Source: Candidatus Falkowbacteria bacterium (GTDB lineage: Bacteria > Patescibacteriota > Patescibacteriia > CAIXNZ01). Taken from it: 64,000 nucleotides of DNA. Location: positions 7,314-71,313 of the forward strand of contig JAFGMD010000024.1 of NCBI GenBank assembly GCA_016927685.1. The letters are read 5' to 3'. The position numbers and the translations under genes were made by a program. Shown in pieces: positions 1 through 7,591 of the stretch. The notes under the pieces are model-generated. The model did not search any database. It had not been told where the DNA came from and was given only the letters and a program-made list of their open reading frames with translations. How positions within the stretch are numbered: the first letter of the stretch is position 1; the number at the start of each line of letters is the position of its first letter.

Positions 1-655
1 AAAGTAGTGCATCTTGCTTAACTTGGGCCAAATTAACCATCATGCGAGCTAGCTTTGGAGGAAGCATTCCTGAAACATCGTCTCGGCTTGGCCTGGCATA
101 ATCCCTGGCGCCAAATTCCTCAAAAAGCTGGACTGCCAGTGTTTGCCCAATGATTATTTCGCTATCTTTAGCAAAAAAGCATATTTCTGCCCCATTTTCC
201 AGCAACTTATTCTTCTTCACAATAACCGAAGAAAGCTCTAAATCTCTGCTTGTTACCCAGCGAGAATTGATATTTTTCTCTTCTCTTAGCTTTCTTTTTA
301 TCTCCATAGCCACTGGCTCTAATTTCCTGGAAAGTTGCTTTAAGGGAGTTTTTAGCCCTAAATTATATAAACTAAAGCCAAAATAGACCTTTCCTTCGCC
401 AAATTTTACCAAATTAAAGAATTTATCTTCAAAATTTTCTAAGGTTTCAACTTTACCCAAAATTTTGCCAATCTTAACAGTCCCGCCCAAACGATTATTC
501 AGCCAATTCACATCAAACTCTTTTTCTGTTTCAATAATCAAAATATTATTACTATAATCAGTAATCTTAAATCTTATATCTTGTAAAGCAAAAACCGCCT
601 CGATTTCAGCTTTTGATAATATTGGATTTTTACCTAGAATAAAAAAGTATTGCAT
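1..655 (-). CDS. Putative Trm11/TrmG10-like RNA methyltransferase (N-terminal part; runs off the window edge)
   Basis: Not in the ORF track. Own translation from ATG at 655: MQYFFILGKNPILSKAEIEAVF...FGARDYARPSRDDVSGMLPPKLARMMVNLA; the 'GMLPPKLARMMVNL' motif precedes the SAM-binding site in this family. Confidence 0.7.
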   Translation of the reverse strand, partial: MQYFFILGKNPILSKAEIEAVFALQDIRFKITDYSNNILIIETEKEFDVNWLNNRLGGTVKIGKILGKVETLENFEDKFFNLVKFGEGKVYFGFSLYNLGLKTPLKQLSRKLEPVAMEIKRKLREEKNINSRWVTSRDLELSSVIVKKNKLLENGAEICFFAKDSEIIIGQTLAVQLFEEFGARDYARPSRDDVSGMLPPKLARMMVNLAQVKQDALL

Positions 656-717
656 AAGTGTATTATAACATAATAAAAAAGCCCCAGGATTTCCCGAGGC
701 TATAATAGTAAAATCTG

Positions 718-1299
718 TCAATAAATATGTGCTCGAAGCAATTTAATTCTGGTTGGATGTCTAAGCTTTCTCAAGGCCTTATCCCTAATTTGGCCTATCC
801 GAGTATGTGAAACATGAAATATTTCGCCAACTTCCTGCAAGGATTTTTCTTCATAACCATCAAGGCCATATAAATACTTGAGTACTTGCTCTTCTCTGGG
901 CGCAAGAAGAGAAAGGGCCTCAGCTAATGATTGTTTAAATTCCTCCTCAATAATATCTTTTTCGGGATCGCTCGGCGCAGATAATTGTTTTAATTCACTC
1001 ATGGAAGGCAGCTGCGAAAATGAAATCTCCCAAATTCTTTCAGGCTGCTTTATTTTATATAAAGCTGGGGGAAAAAGCATATCCGGTGTCATCCGAAAAA
1101 TTTTTGCTATTTTTTCACAGGTGACTGAGTATGACTTATTTCTTGCAAGTGGCGACCGTTTTAAATTAAGCAGGCCCCCCACGCTACTCTGACAAAGCTT
1201 ATACTTTCTGCAAAATGACGCTACTGACTTGAACCTGTCAAAAATAGCGTGATACAAAATATTATTCCGCAATCGTGCCTCAACTCTTATTTCTTTCAT
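718..1299 (-). CDS. Protein with N-terminal HTH-like region and C-terminal sigma-70 region 4 domain (no region 2)
   Basis: C-terminus LAPREEQVLKYLYGLDGYEEKSLQEVGEIFHVSHTRIGQIRDKALRKLRHPTR closely resembles RpoD region 4; has SD AAGGAGG, its own promoter and a terminator. Confidence 0.75.
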   Translation of the reverse strand: MKEIRVEARLRNNILYHAIFDRFKSVASFCRKYKLCQSSVGGLLNLKRSPLARNKSYSVTCEKIAKIFRMTPDMLFPPALYKIKQPERIWEISFSQLPSMSELKQLSAPSDPEKDIIEEEFKQSLAEALSLLAPREEQVLKYLYGLDGYEEKSLQEVGEIFHVSHTRIGQIRDKALRKLRHPTRIKLLRAHIY

Positions 1300-1335
1300 T
1301 ATTTCCCCTCCTTAAATTTAATGAACTGATGTATT

Positions 1336-1364
1336 ACCTTAGCTTATTTATTTACTTTTGTCAA
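1336..1364 (-). promoter_or_regulatory. Sigma70-type promoter for 718..1299
   Basis: TTGACA-17 nt-TAAGGT on the minus strand, directly after the upstream terminator. Confidence 0.65.
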
Positions 1365-1365
1365 T

Positions 1366-1398
1366 AAAAAAACCGCCAGACATTTCTGTGTGGCGGTT
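1366..1398 (-). terminator. Intrinsic terminator of 1413..1817
   Basis: aaccgcca...tggcggtt stem followed by a U-tract on the minus strand. Confidence 0.7.
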
Positions 1399-1412
1399 GA
1401 AGTTAATTTTTT

Positions 1413-1817
1413 CTAAGGCGATACAATCATACAAGCTTCACGGCCGATGTTGTTGCTGTATCCGTAAAAGACACATTTAAATTTGACCTGGCGCCCCGGC
1501 ACAAGATAGCGATAACTGGGATCAGTTACATTAGTGAGTACCGGGAACATACCATTGCCAACGATGACCTTAATGACCTGAACGGAACTATTGCGGTCAA
1601 TAATTTCCGGTTGGCCCACTATCGTCCCTGTGCCTTCATGGATGATACGGGTGGTGAGCGATAAATTTTCTTTTTGCTGCTGATTGTTTTTTTCTCCATT
1701 TCCAATTACAGCAAAGAGAAAAAGCACGATGACGAGAAGAACACCTCCACCGCCGAACAGGTATCCAAACCATGTTATTGTCTGTAGATTTTTGGCTTCT
1801 TTAACCGGATTATTCAT
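1413..1817 (-). CDS. Hypothetical single-pass membrane protein
   Basis: 134 aa with N-terminal TM helix; SD GGAGG; promoter TTGACA-17-TATGCT at 1905..1933. Confidence 0.7.
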   Translation of the reverse strand: MNNPVKEAKNLQTITWFGYLFGGGGVLLVIVLFLFAVIGNGEKNNQQQKENLSLTTRIIHEGTGTIVGQPEIIDRNSSVQVIKVIVGNGMFPVLTNVTDPSYRYLVPGRQVKFKCVFYGYSNNIGREACMIVSP

Positions 1818-1983
1818 TTTTACCCTCCATTTTTCGCTAATTTTAGAATATTTATAAAACTTACCTATATTTCCAAATATCTATAAAGATCAATTATGTC
1901 TATAAGCATAGCATATTTTAACAATTTTGTCAATATTTATTATAAAAAAACCGCCAGGCATTGCTACCCAGCGGCTGTAATTA

Positions 1984-2670
1984 TTATTCACGAATAACGG
2001 CCCATTGAAGAAAATTCTGCCCGTCTTCGTAAAGAATCATGTATAATTTCAAATTTTTCTGTTTAGTCAAATCATTGTCCCTAAAACCACAATCAGAATT
2101 ATCAGGGGCCATAAAAGCCTCAATCTGCTCGGTCTTACCGTCAGAAACCTTGCTTTCCACGAAAACAAGGTATGGATCAATACCATCAAACCCCTCTGCT
2201 TCAATACCCCACATAACTCCTTGGACCTTAATAATTTCTCCTACGCGATCCTGATGGAGGTCAGTGACTTCGTACCAAGTGCTACCAGTGAAGTAAAAAC
2301 CTTCTTTCATGTTGCAGCCTCTGACTTCAACCTTTCTGGCCACTCGGCCTAGGCTGTAATTAACCAGCGTGTTGTTGTACCACTGCACATTCTGATATTC
2401 AACATGGTCGCCATTTTTAATGTTCTCGCTCATAGATACCAAAGCACCCCAGGTGCAGTTGTCGGTCGAGCAGTCAGCTGCGTCATTGGGTCTGATTCTC
2501 ACTACCCCAATCTGACCGTTAATATTGACTGGACCTTCCACTACCACGCCCATACCCTCATGTTTGGGCCAGGATTGATCATTGATGAGCGTCAGTTTGC
2601 CTCCGCCTTGGTCGCAGGAAGCCAAAATAGCTAAGAAAAATATTACCACGGAAATTTGCCTCAAGCTCAT
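1984..2670 (-). CDS. Hypothetical lipoprotein (possible two-domain fusion)
   Basis: Signal peptide with lipobox ILASC; SD GAGGAGG; promoter TTGACA-17-TATATT ending at 2735. Confidence 0.7.
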   Translation of the reverse strand: MSLRQISVVIFFLAILASCDQGGGKLTLINDQSWPKHEGMGVVVEGPVNINGQIGVVRIRPNDAADCSTDNCTWGALVSMSENIKNGDHVEYQNVQWYNNTLVNYSLGRVARKVEVRGCNMKEGFYFTGSTWYEVTDLHQDRVGEIIKVQGVMWGIEAEGFDGIDPYLVFVESKVSDGKTEQIEAFMAPDNSDCGFRDNDLTKQKNLKLYMILYEDGQNFLQWAVIRE

Positions 2671-2775
2671 GACATGTCCTCCTCTTTTTTAAAGAATTTA
2701 TCTATTAATATATCAAGCTTTTTAATTTTTGTCAATAAGGTTGACATAATTATTTTCTTTTGCTAAGATAAGAAC

Positions 2776-2934
2776 ACAACATTAAAAACACTATTCCACT
2801 CCGCTCTGCGGGGATAAATGAAACCTTAGAGGTTTCAATGGTGCGATTTTACAGCATAGAGTTATGAGCAACTGCAAGAGTATTCTTGCTAGCGTCTCTT
2901 GCTCTTGCTCCAAATCCCGCCATGGGATTTTTTT
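2776..2934 (+). ncRNA. Candidate structured leader/ncRNA upstream of rpsF
   Basis: Promoter TTGACA(2741)-17-TAAGAT(2764); hairpins CTCCGC/GCGGGG, TGAAACCT/AGGTTTCA and GAGCAA..GCAAGAG/CTCTTGC..TTGCTC; terminator AAATCCC/GGGATTT followed by a T-run. Confidence 0.5.
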
Positions 2935-2942
2935 AATATAAT

Positions 2943-3006
2943 AATAGAATTTTAGAATTATAGAGTTATAGTACTATAACGCTGCAATCTATAACGCTAT
3001 AACACT
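2943..3006. repeat. Short-period (about 8 nt) inverted repeat array centred on GTTATAGTACTATAAC
   Basis: Perfect 16-bp palindrome at 2965..2980 flanked by TATAGA/TATAAC-type units; homologous to 55993..56063. Confidence 0.8.
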
Positions 3007-3037
3007 TATCAAATTAACAATATATAACAAACTAACT

Positions 3038-3517
3038 ATGAGACTAGAACACTATGAAATTCTTTACATTCTGCCCATGTCTTATACTGCAGAAGAAGTA
3101 AAGCCAATCACAAAAAAAGTCGCTGAATTAATTAAAACAAACGGCGGCACCATAACTAAAGAACAGGATTTAGACAAGCAAAAATTTGCCTATCCGATTA
3201 AAGGCCAAAGTCATGGCTACTATTTTCTTTATGAATTTAATTTAACTACTGATAAATTAATTGGCCTAAATCGTGCCTTACAATTAACTAACGAGGTTTT
3301 AAGATTTATTATTGTTAAGAAACAAGTTAAAACAGAAGAGCAATTAAAACAAGAGGCAAAAATTCAGGAAAAAATTGCAGCCAAACGAGAAAAAGAAAAA
3401 ACTGAAGAAGCAAAGGAAGAAAAAGTTAGCAAAGAAAAAGCCAAACCTAAAATTAGCTTGGAAGATCTGGATAAAAAACTGGATGAAATTTTGGGTGACA
3501 CGAAAGAAATGCTATAA
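3038..3517 (+). CDS. rpsF: 30S ribosomal protein S6
   Basis: HYEILYIL...KFAYPIKGQSHGYY...EVLRFIIVK; rpsF-ssb-rpsR order. Confidence 0.95.
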   Translation: MRLEHYEILYILPMSYTAEEVKPITKKVAELIKTNGGTITKEQDLDKQKFAYPIKGQSHGYYFLYEFNLTTDKLIGLNRALQLTNEVLRFIIVKKQVKTEEQLKQEAKIQEKIAAKREKEKTEEAKEEKVSKEKAKPKISLEDLDKKLDEILGDTKEML

Positions 3518-3518
3518 A

Positions 3519-3646
3519 ATATAAGAGCTATAAGAAAAAAATGAGCTAAGGGATTATAGGAAAATAGGAAAATGCGCACACCTTTCAACTCTTAAGCCCA
3601 TGGTCCTTTCGCTCCTATAAACCATATAGTTCCTATAGCTCCTGTA
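3519..3646. repeat. Degenerate 8-9 nt inverted repeat array (ATAAGAGCT/ATAGGAAA units versus TCCTATAGC units)
   Basis: Left arm ataagagctataag...ataggaaaataggaaa; right arm ...ctcctataaaccatatagttcctatagctcct. Confidence 0.6.
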
Positions 3647-3697
3647 AATAATTTATAAGTTTACTTAATTTAATTAAACTAAATTAACCAAAATTAT

Positions 3698-4162
3698 ATG
3701 AATTTAAACAAAGTCATGATCATTGGCAATCTTACCCGGGATCCTGAAGTAAGATCGACACCACAAGGGGCTTCAGTTGTTAGTTTTTCAGTTGCCACAA
3801 ATTTCGGTTGGACAGATGCTAATGGGCAAAGGCAAGAAAAGGCTGAATACCATAATGTGGTGGCTTGGAGAAAATTAGCTGAGATTATTGGCCAGTATCT
3901 AAGAAAGGGGAGCAAAGTTTATATTGAAGGCAGATTGCAGACCAGAGATTGGGTCGGACAAGATGGAGTTAAAAAATACAGAACAGAGATTGTTGCTGAA
4001 AATATGATAATGCTTGATCGGCCAGGCGATCGCTCAACTTCTACTCATTCTCCCGCTCCCGCTACTGATATTCCTGTCATTGAAGAAGAAACAGCACCGG
4101 CTTTGAAAAAGGAAACAGAAACCGACAGTGACGAAATTAAGTTGGAAGACATACCTTTTTAA
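3698..4162 (+). CDS. ssb: Single-stranded DNA-binding protein
   Basis: MNLNKVMIIGNLTRDPE...acidic C-terminal EDIPF. Confidence 0.97.
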   Translation: MNLNKVMIIGNLTRDPEVRSTPQGASVVSFSVATNFGWTDANGQRQEKAEYHNVVAWRKLAEIIGQYLRKGSKVYIEGRLQTRDWVGQDGVKKYRTEIVAENMIMLDRPGDRSTSTHSPAPATDIPVIEEETAPALKKETETDSDEIKLEDIPF

Positions 4163-4205
4163 TTAAATTTTTAAACTAAATTATTTAAAATTTATTAATA
4201 TTTTT

Positions 4206-4457
4206 ATGATTAAAAGAAATCCCAGAGCCCATCAGCAAAACTCTCAGGAAAAAATAGCCAAAGAATGCTATTTCTGCCAAAACGGCATTAATGACATTGA
4301 TTATAAGGACGGCCAATTTTTAAGACGCTGGCTATCTTCATATAGCAAAATTGTACCTCGACGCCGCAGTGGTGTTTGTACGAAACATCAAAGAAAATTA
4401 GCTCAAGCTATTAAACGCGCCCGCTATATGTCATTAATTCCTTATTGCCCTCGCTAG
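4206..4457 (+). CDS. rpsR: 30S ribosomal protein S18 (zinc-binding form)
   Basis: CYFC...IDYKD...KIVPRRRSGVCTKHQRKLAQAIKRAR. Confidence 0.96.
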   Translation: MIKRNPRAHQQNSQEKIAKECYFCQNGINDIDYKDGQFLRRWLSSYSKIVPRRRSGVCTKHQRKLAQAIKRARYMSLIPYCPR

Positions 4458-4498
4458 GTTTTATAGCTTAATACCTTAAAAACTTTCAACTAAAAAAT

Positions 4499-5062
4499 AT
4501 GCTTTCAAGCTTAAATGAAATAAAAAAAGGTCTTAGTATTAATTTTAATAATGAACCATACATAGTTTTAGAAGCTAACTTTGTTAGAATGCAGCAAAGA
4601 AAACCAGTTATGCAAACAAAATTGCGCAATTTAATAACAGGTAAGGTTTTAGAATATTCTTTCAAGCAAGGCGAGCGAGTTGAAGAAGCTGATTTGCAAA
4701 GAGGCACGGCTAATTTTTTATATAAAGATGAAAAGTTTGCTAATTTTATGGATAATAAAAGCTATGAACAATTTGCCATACCCCTGGAAGTTCTGGGAGA
4801 AAAAATAAAATTTTTAAAAGAGGGGACTGGATGCGATGTGCTTTATTACGAAAATAATCCAGTCAATGTTGATATACCGATTAAAATTACTCTTAAAGTT
4901 ATTACAGCGCCTCCCGGCGTTAAGGGCGATACTGCCAGTAACGTCACCAAACAAGTTACTTTGGAAACTGGCGCAATTATAAATGCTCCTCTTTTTATCA
5001 AGGAAGGCGAAAATATAGTTGTAAATACTGAAACAGGCACTTATGTAGAACGCGCTAATTAA
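4499..5062 (+). CDS. efp: Elongation factor P
   Basis: APPGVKGDTASNVTKQVTLETGAIINAPLFIKEGENIVVNTETGTYVER. Confidence 0.95.
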   Translation: MLSSLNEIKKGLSINFNNEPYIVLEANFVRMQQRKPVMQTKLRNLITGKVLEYSFKQGERVEEADLQRGTANFLYKDEKFANFMDNKSYEQFAIPLEVLGEKIKFLKEGTGCDVLYYENNPVNVDIPIKITLKVITAPPGVKGDTASNVTKQVTLETGAIINAPLFIKEGENIVVNTETGTYVERAN

Positions 5063-5076
5063 AACTCTGCTTATAT

Positions 5077-5151
5077 AAAAAAAATCGGCTTTGTTTTTCC
5101 AAGGCCGGTTTTTTTATAAAAAACCCCGTTTCATTTTCATGAAACGGGGTT
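5077..5151. terminator. Two back-to-back intrinsic terminators (efp and the convergent gene)
   Basis: aaaatcggctt/aaggccggttttt and aaccccgtttcat/atgaaacggggtt. Confidence 0.75.
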
Positions 5152-5159
5152 ATAATCGT

Positions 5160-5738
5160 TTATATGCTGCCTCCCCAGCAATATCTAGAAGCATTCCATT
5201 TCCAAATATTGCCAGATTGGATCTGTTCAATAGCCCATTTTGTTGCGCAATCAATGTCAAGAGCGCATTCTTTTGTCACTTCAGGATTATGGCGTAAATT
5301 AATTTGCCACAATCCGTAATCACGGCTGGACCAATTGATCGCGTCGGGCCTCCAACTGCTTTCGCATTTGATTATTCTTTTCAGTAAATGAACATTTTTA
5401 TATTCAGCTTCTTCAGCAAGCTGCATGACCAATTGTTCTATCTCGCTAGAACAAACTCTGGTTTTCCCCGATGTTTTTTTTGGCCGTTTGACTTCGACAA
5501 CCGCTTTTGGACTTTCTGGAAGTTTAATTATTATTTTGCTATAAGGAATCTGTTTTCCGTCTGGCATCTCCACATAAACATCAGACATAATGTCTGATAC
5601 CTCTGCTGATTTTTCATTTATTCTGTCCTCATTGCCACGAAGATGCATGACTACGCATAGGGAAGCAAAAAATACAATTAACATTATTTCAATCGAAAAA
5701 ATTTTCCAAAAAATCCTATTACCATCTTTTCTTGTCAT
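5160..5738 (-). CDS. Membrane-anchored lytic transglycosylase/lysozyme-like (SLT) protein
   Basis: IIKCESS (catalytic Glu motif) and DYGLWQIN; N-terminal TM helix; SD AAGGAGG. Confidence 0.8.
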   Translation of the reverse strand: MTRKDGNRIFWKIFSIEIMLIVFFASLCVVMHLRGNEDRINEKSAEVSDIMSDVYVEMPDGKQIPYSKIIIKLPESPKAVVEVKRPKKTSGKTRVCSSEIEQLVMQLAEEAEYKNVHLLKRIIKCESSWRPDAINWSSRDYGLWQINLRHNPEVTKECALDIDCATKWAIEQIQSGNIWKWNASRYCWGGSI

Positions 5739-5885
5739 AGAACCCTCCTTTGTGCTTCCGGTTTATCCTCTTTATCCCACCAACCCTATAATATTTCAAA
5801 TAATACAATATCTTATCAAATTATTTTGTTTTTGTCAATATAAAACCCTTCGATTAAGAAGGGTTTTATTATATTATTTTTATTT

Positions 5886-6929
5886 TTAAGCATTTTCTTC
5901 TTCGCCGGACTCTACTTTTTCCCAAATATCTTTTTTAATGGATTTTATTGCTTTTGGATTTTCCCTTACAAATTGCTTGGCATTTTCCCGGCCTACGCCC
6001 AATTTAATTTCACCTTCTTTTTTATCTTCATAAATATAAGTATTGCCTGATTTTTTTATGATTCCAAAATTTACACCAGTATCCAGAACATCGCCGGCAA
6101 TAGAGATGCCTTCGTTGTATAAAATATCAAATTCGCAGGTGCGAAACGGGGGAGCGACTTTATTTTTCACGATTTTAGTTTTTACCCTATTGCCGATAAA
6201 CTTTTCTCCTTGCTTTATTTGCGCTGATCTGCGCACTTCGATTCGCACAGATGAATAAAATTTTAAAGCCGTGCCGCCTGTTGTTGTTTCAGGATTGCCG
6301 AAAAATACGCCGATTTTTTGCCTTGTCTGGTTTATAAAAATTAGAATTGTTTTTGATTTACTGATAATACCGGCCAATTTTCTTAGTGCTTGACTCATTA
6401 AACGCGCCTGCAACGCCATATGCTGTTCTCCCATTTCTCCTTCTATTTCAGCTTTAGGCGTTAAGGCAGCCACTGAATCGACCACTATTACATCCACGCC
6501 ATTAGAACGCACTAGTGTTTCCACAATATCTAAGGCCTGTTCGCCTGTGTCTGGTTGTGAAATCAAAAGCTCGTCTATATTAACTCCGATTTTTTTGGCA
6601 TAGTCCGGATCTAAAGCGTGTTCGGCATCAACAAAAGCCGCTAACCCGCCTTGCTTTTGCACCTCAGCTACAATGTGCTGAGCTAAAGTAGTTTTTCCAG
6701 AAGCTTCGGGGCCAAAAATCTCAATTATTCTGCCGCGCGGTACGCCACCCACGCCCAAAGCAATATCTAAAGACAAACAACCAGTTGAAATTGCTTCAAC
6801 CTGCATAGCTTTGGCTTCGCCAAGCTTCATAATAGCTCCGTCGCCAAATTTTTCTTTAATTTGTGAAATAGCTGTTTCAGCCGCCCTTTCTCTTTCCTGC
6901 TCTTCCCCCTTATCATTCCTTTTATCCAT
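5886..6929 (-). CDS. recA: Recombinase A
   Basis: GPEASGKTT Walker [29 protein letters not shown]. Confidence 0.99.
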   Translation of the reverse strand: MDKRNDKGEEQERERAAETAISQIKEKFGDGAIMKLGEAKAMQVEAISTGCLSLDIALGVGGVPRGRIIEIFGPEASGKTTLAQHIVAEVQKQGGLAAFVDAEHALDPDYAKKIGVNIDELLISQPDTGEQALDIVETLVRSNGVDVIVVDSVAALTPKAEIEGEMGEQHMALQARLMSQALRKLAGIISKSKTILIFINQTRQKIGVFFGNPETTTGGTALKFYSSVRIEVRRSAQIKQGEKFIGNRVKTKIVKNKVAPPFRTCEFDILYNEGISIAGDVLDTGVNFGIIKKSGNTYIYEDKKEGEIKLGVGRENAKQFVRENPKAIKSIKKDIWEKVESGEEENA

Positions 6930-6950
6930 AATATTTGGTTAAATTATTAA

Positions 6951-7574
6951 TTACTGCACTAAAACTTCCCTGTAAATTATATTTTCTTTGCTATGTTTTT
7001 TTGATGCTGATATTTTAATGGTATTTAAACCTTTTTGCAAATCTAATGTCGCCTTAAACTCCCCCTTGCTGCCAATGTAAATTTCTTTGTCGTTTATAAA
7101 GACTCTGGCTTCTTTTTCCGTAAAACCCTTAACTTCAATAAAATTTTGTAAAATTGTTATATTTTTATCTGGCTGATAAACTTCAAGTTTTGGCGCGATA
7201 AAAATATTATTTATCTGAAATCCTAAATATATAGCTAGAGCCAAAATTACCAAGCCAATAACAATATAACGAAATATTTGTGGCGTAATATATACTCTAG
7301 TTTTCTTTTGCTCTTTTATTACATTTCCCGTGATTTCACCGCGGTTCTCTTGGTAAAGATTTAGTAATTTATTGTAATCTAATGACAAGTAATCGGCATA
7401 TGTCTTTATAATATTTCTCACATAAAGATCCTCTGGCAAAATATCATATTTATCATTTTCTATGGCCTGCAGCATGCGCTGGCTTATTTTAATGTCTTTT
7501 TCTACTTGTTCAATTCTTAAACGGGCTTCTTCGCGATATCTTTTGAAAACTTGTCCCAGTGTTTCTTCTTTCAT
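6951..7574 (-). CDS. RodZ-like protein (XRE HTH, TM helix, Ig-like C-terminus)
   Basis: TLGQVFKRYRE...LQAIENDKYDILPEDLYVRNIIKTYADYLSLD. Confidence 0.75.
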   Translation of the reverse strand: MKEETLGQVFKRYREEARLRIEQVEKDIKISQRMLQAIENDKYDILPEDLYVRNIIKTYADYLSLDYNKLLNLYQENRGEITGNVIKEQKKTRVYITPQIFRYIVIGLVILALAIYLGFQINNIFIAPKLEVYQPDKNITILQNFIEVKGFTEKEARVFINDKEIYIGSKGEFKATLDLQKGLNTIKISASKKHSKENIIYREVLVQ

Positions 7575-7591
7575 ATTAATTTATTATTTCA

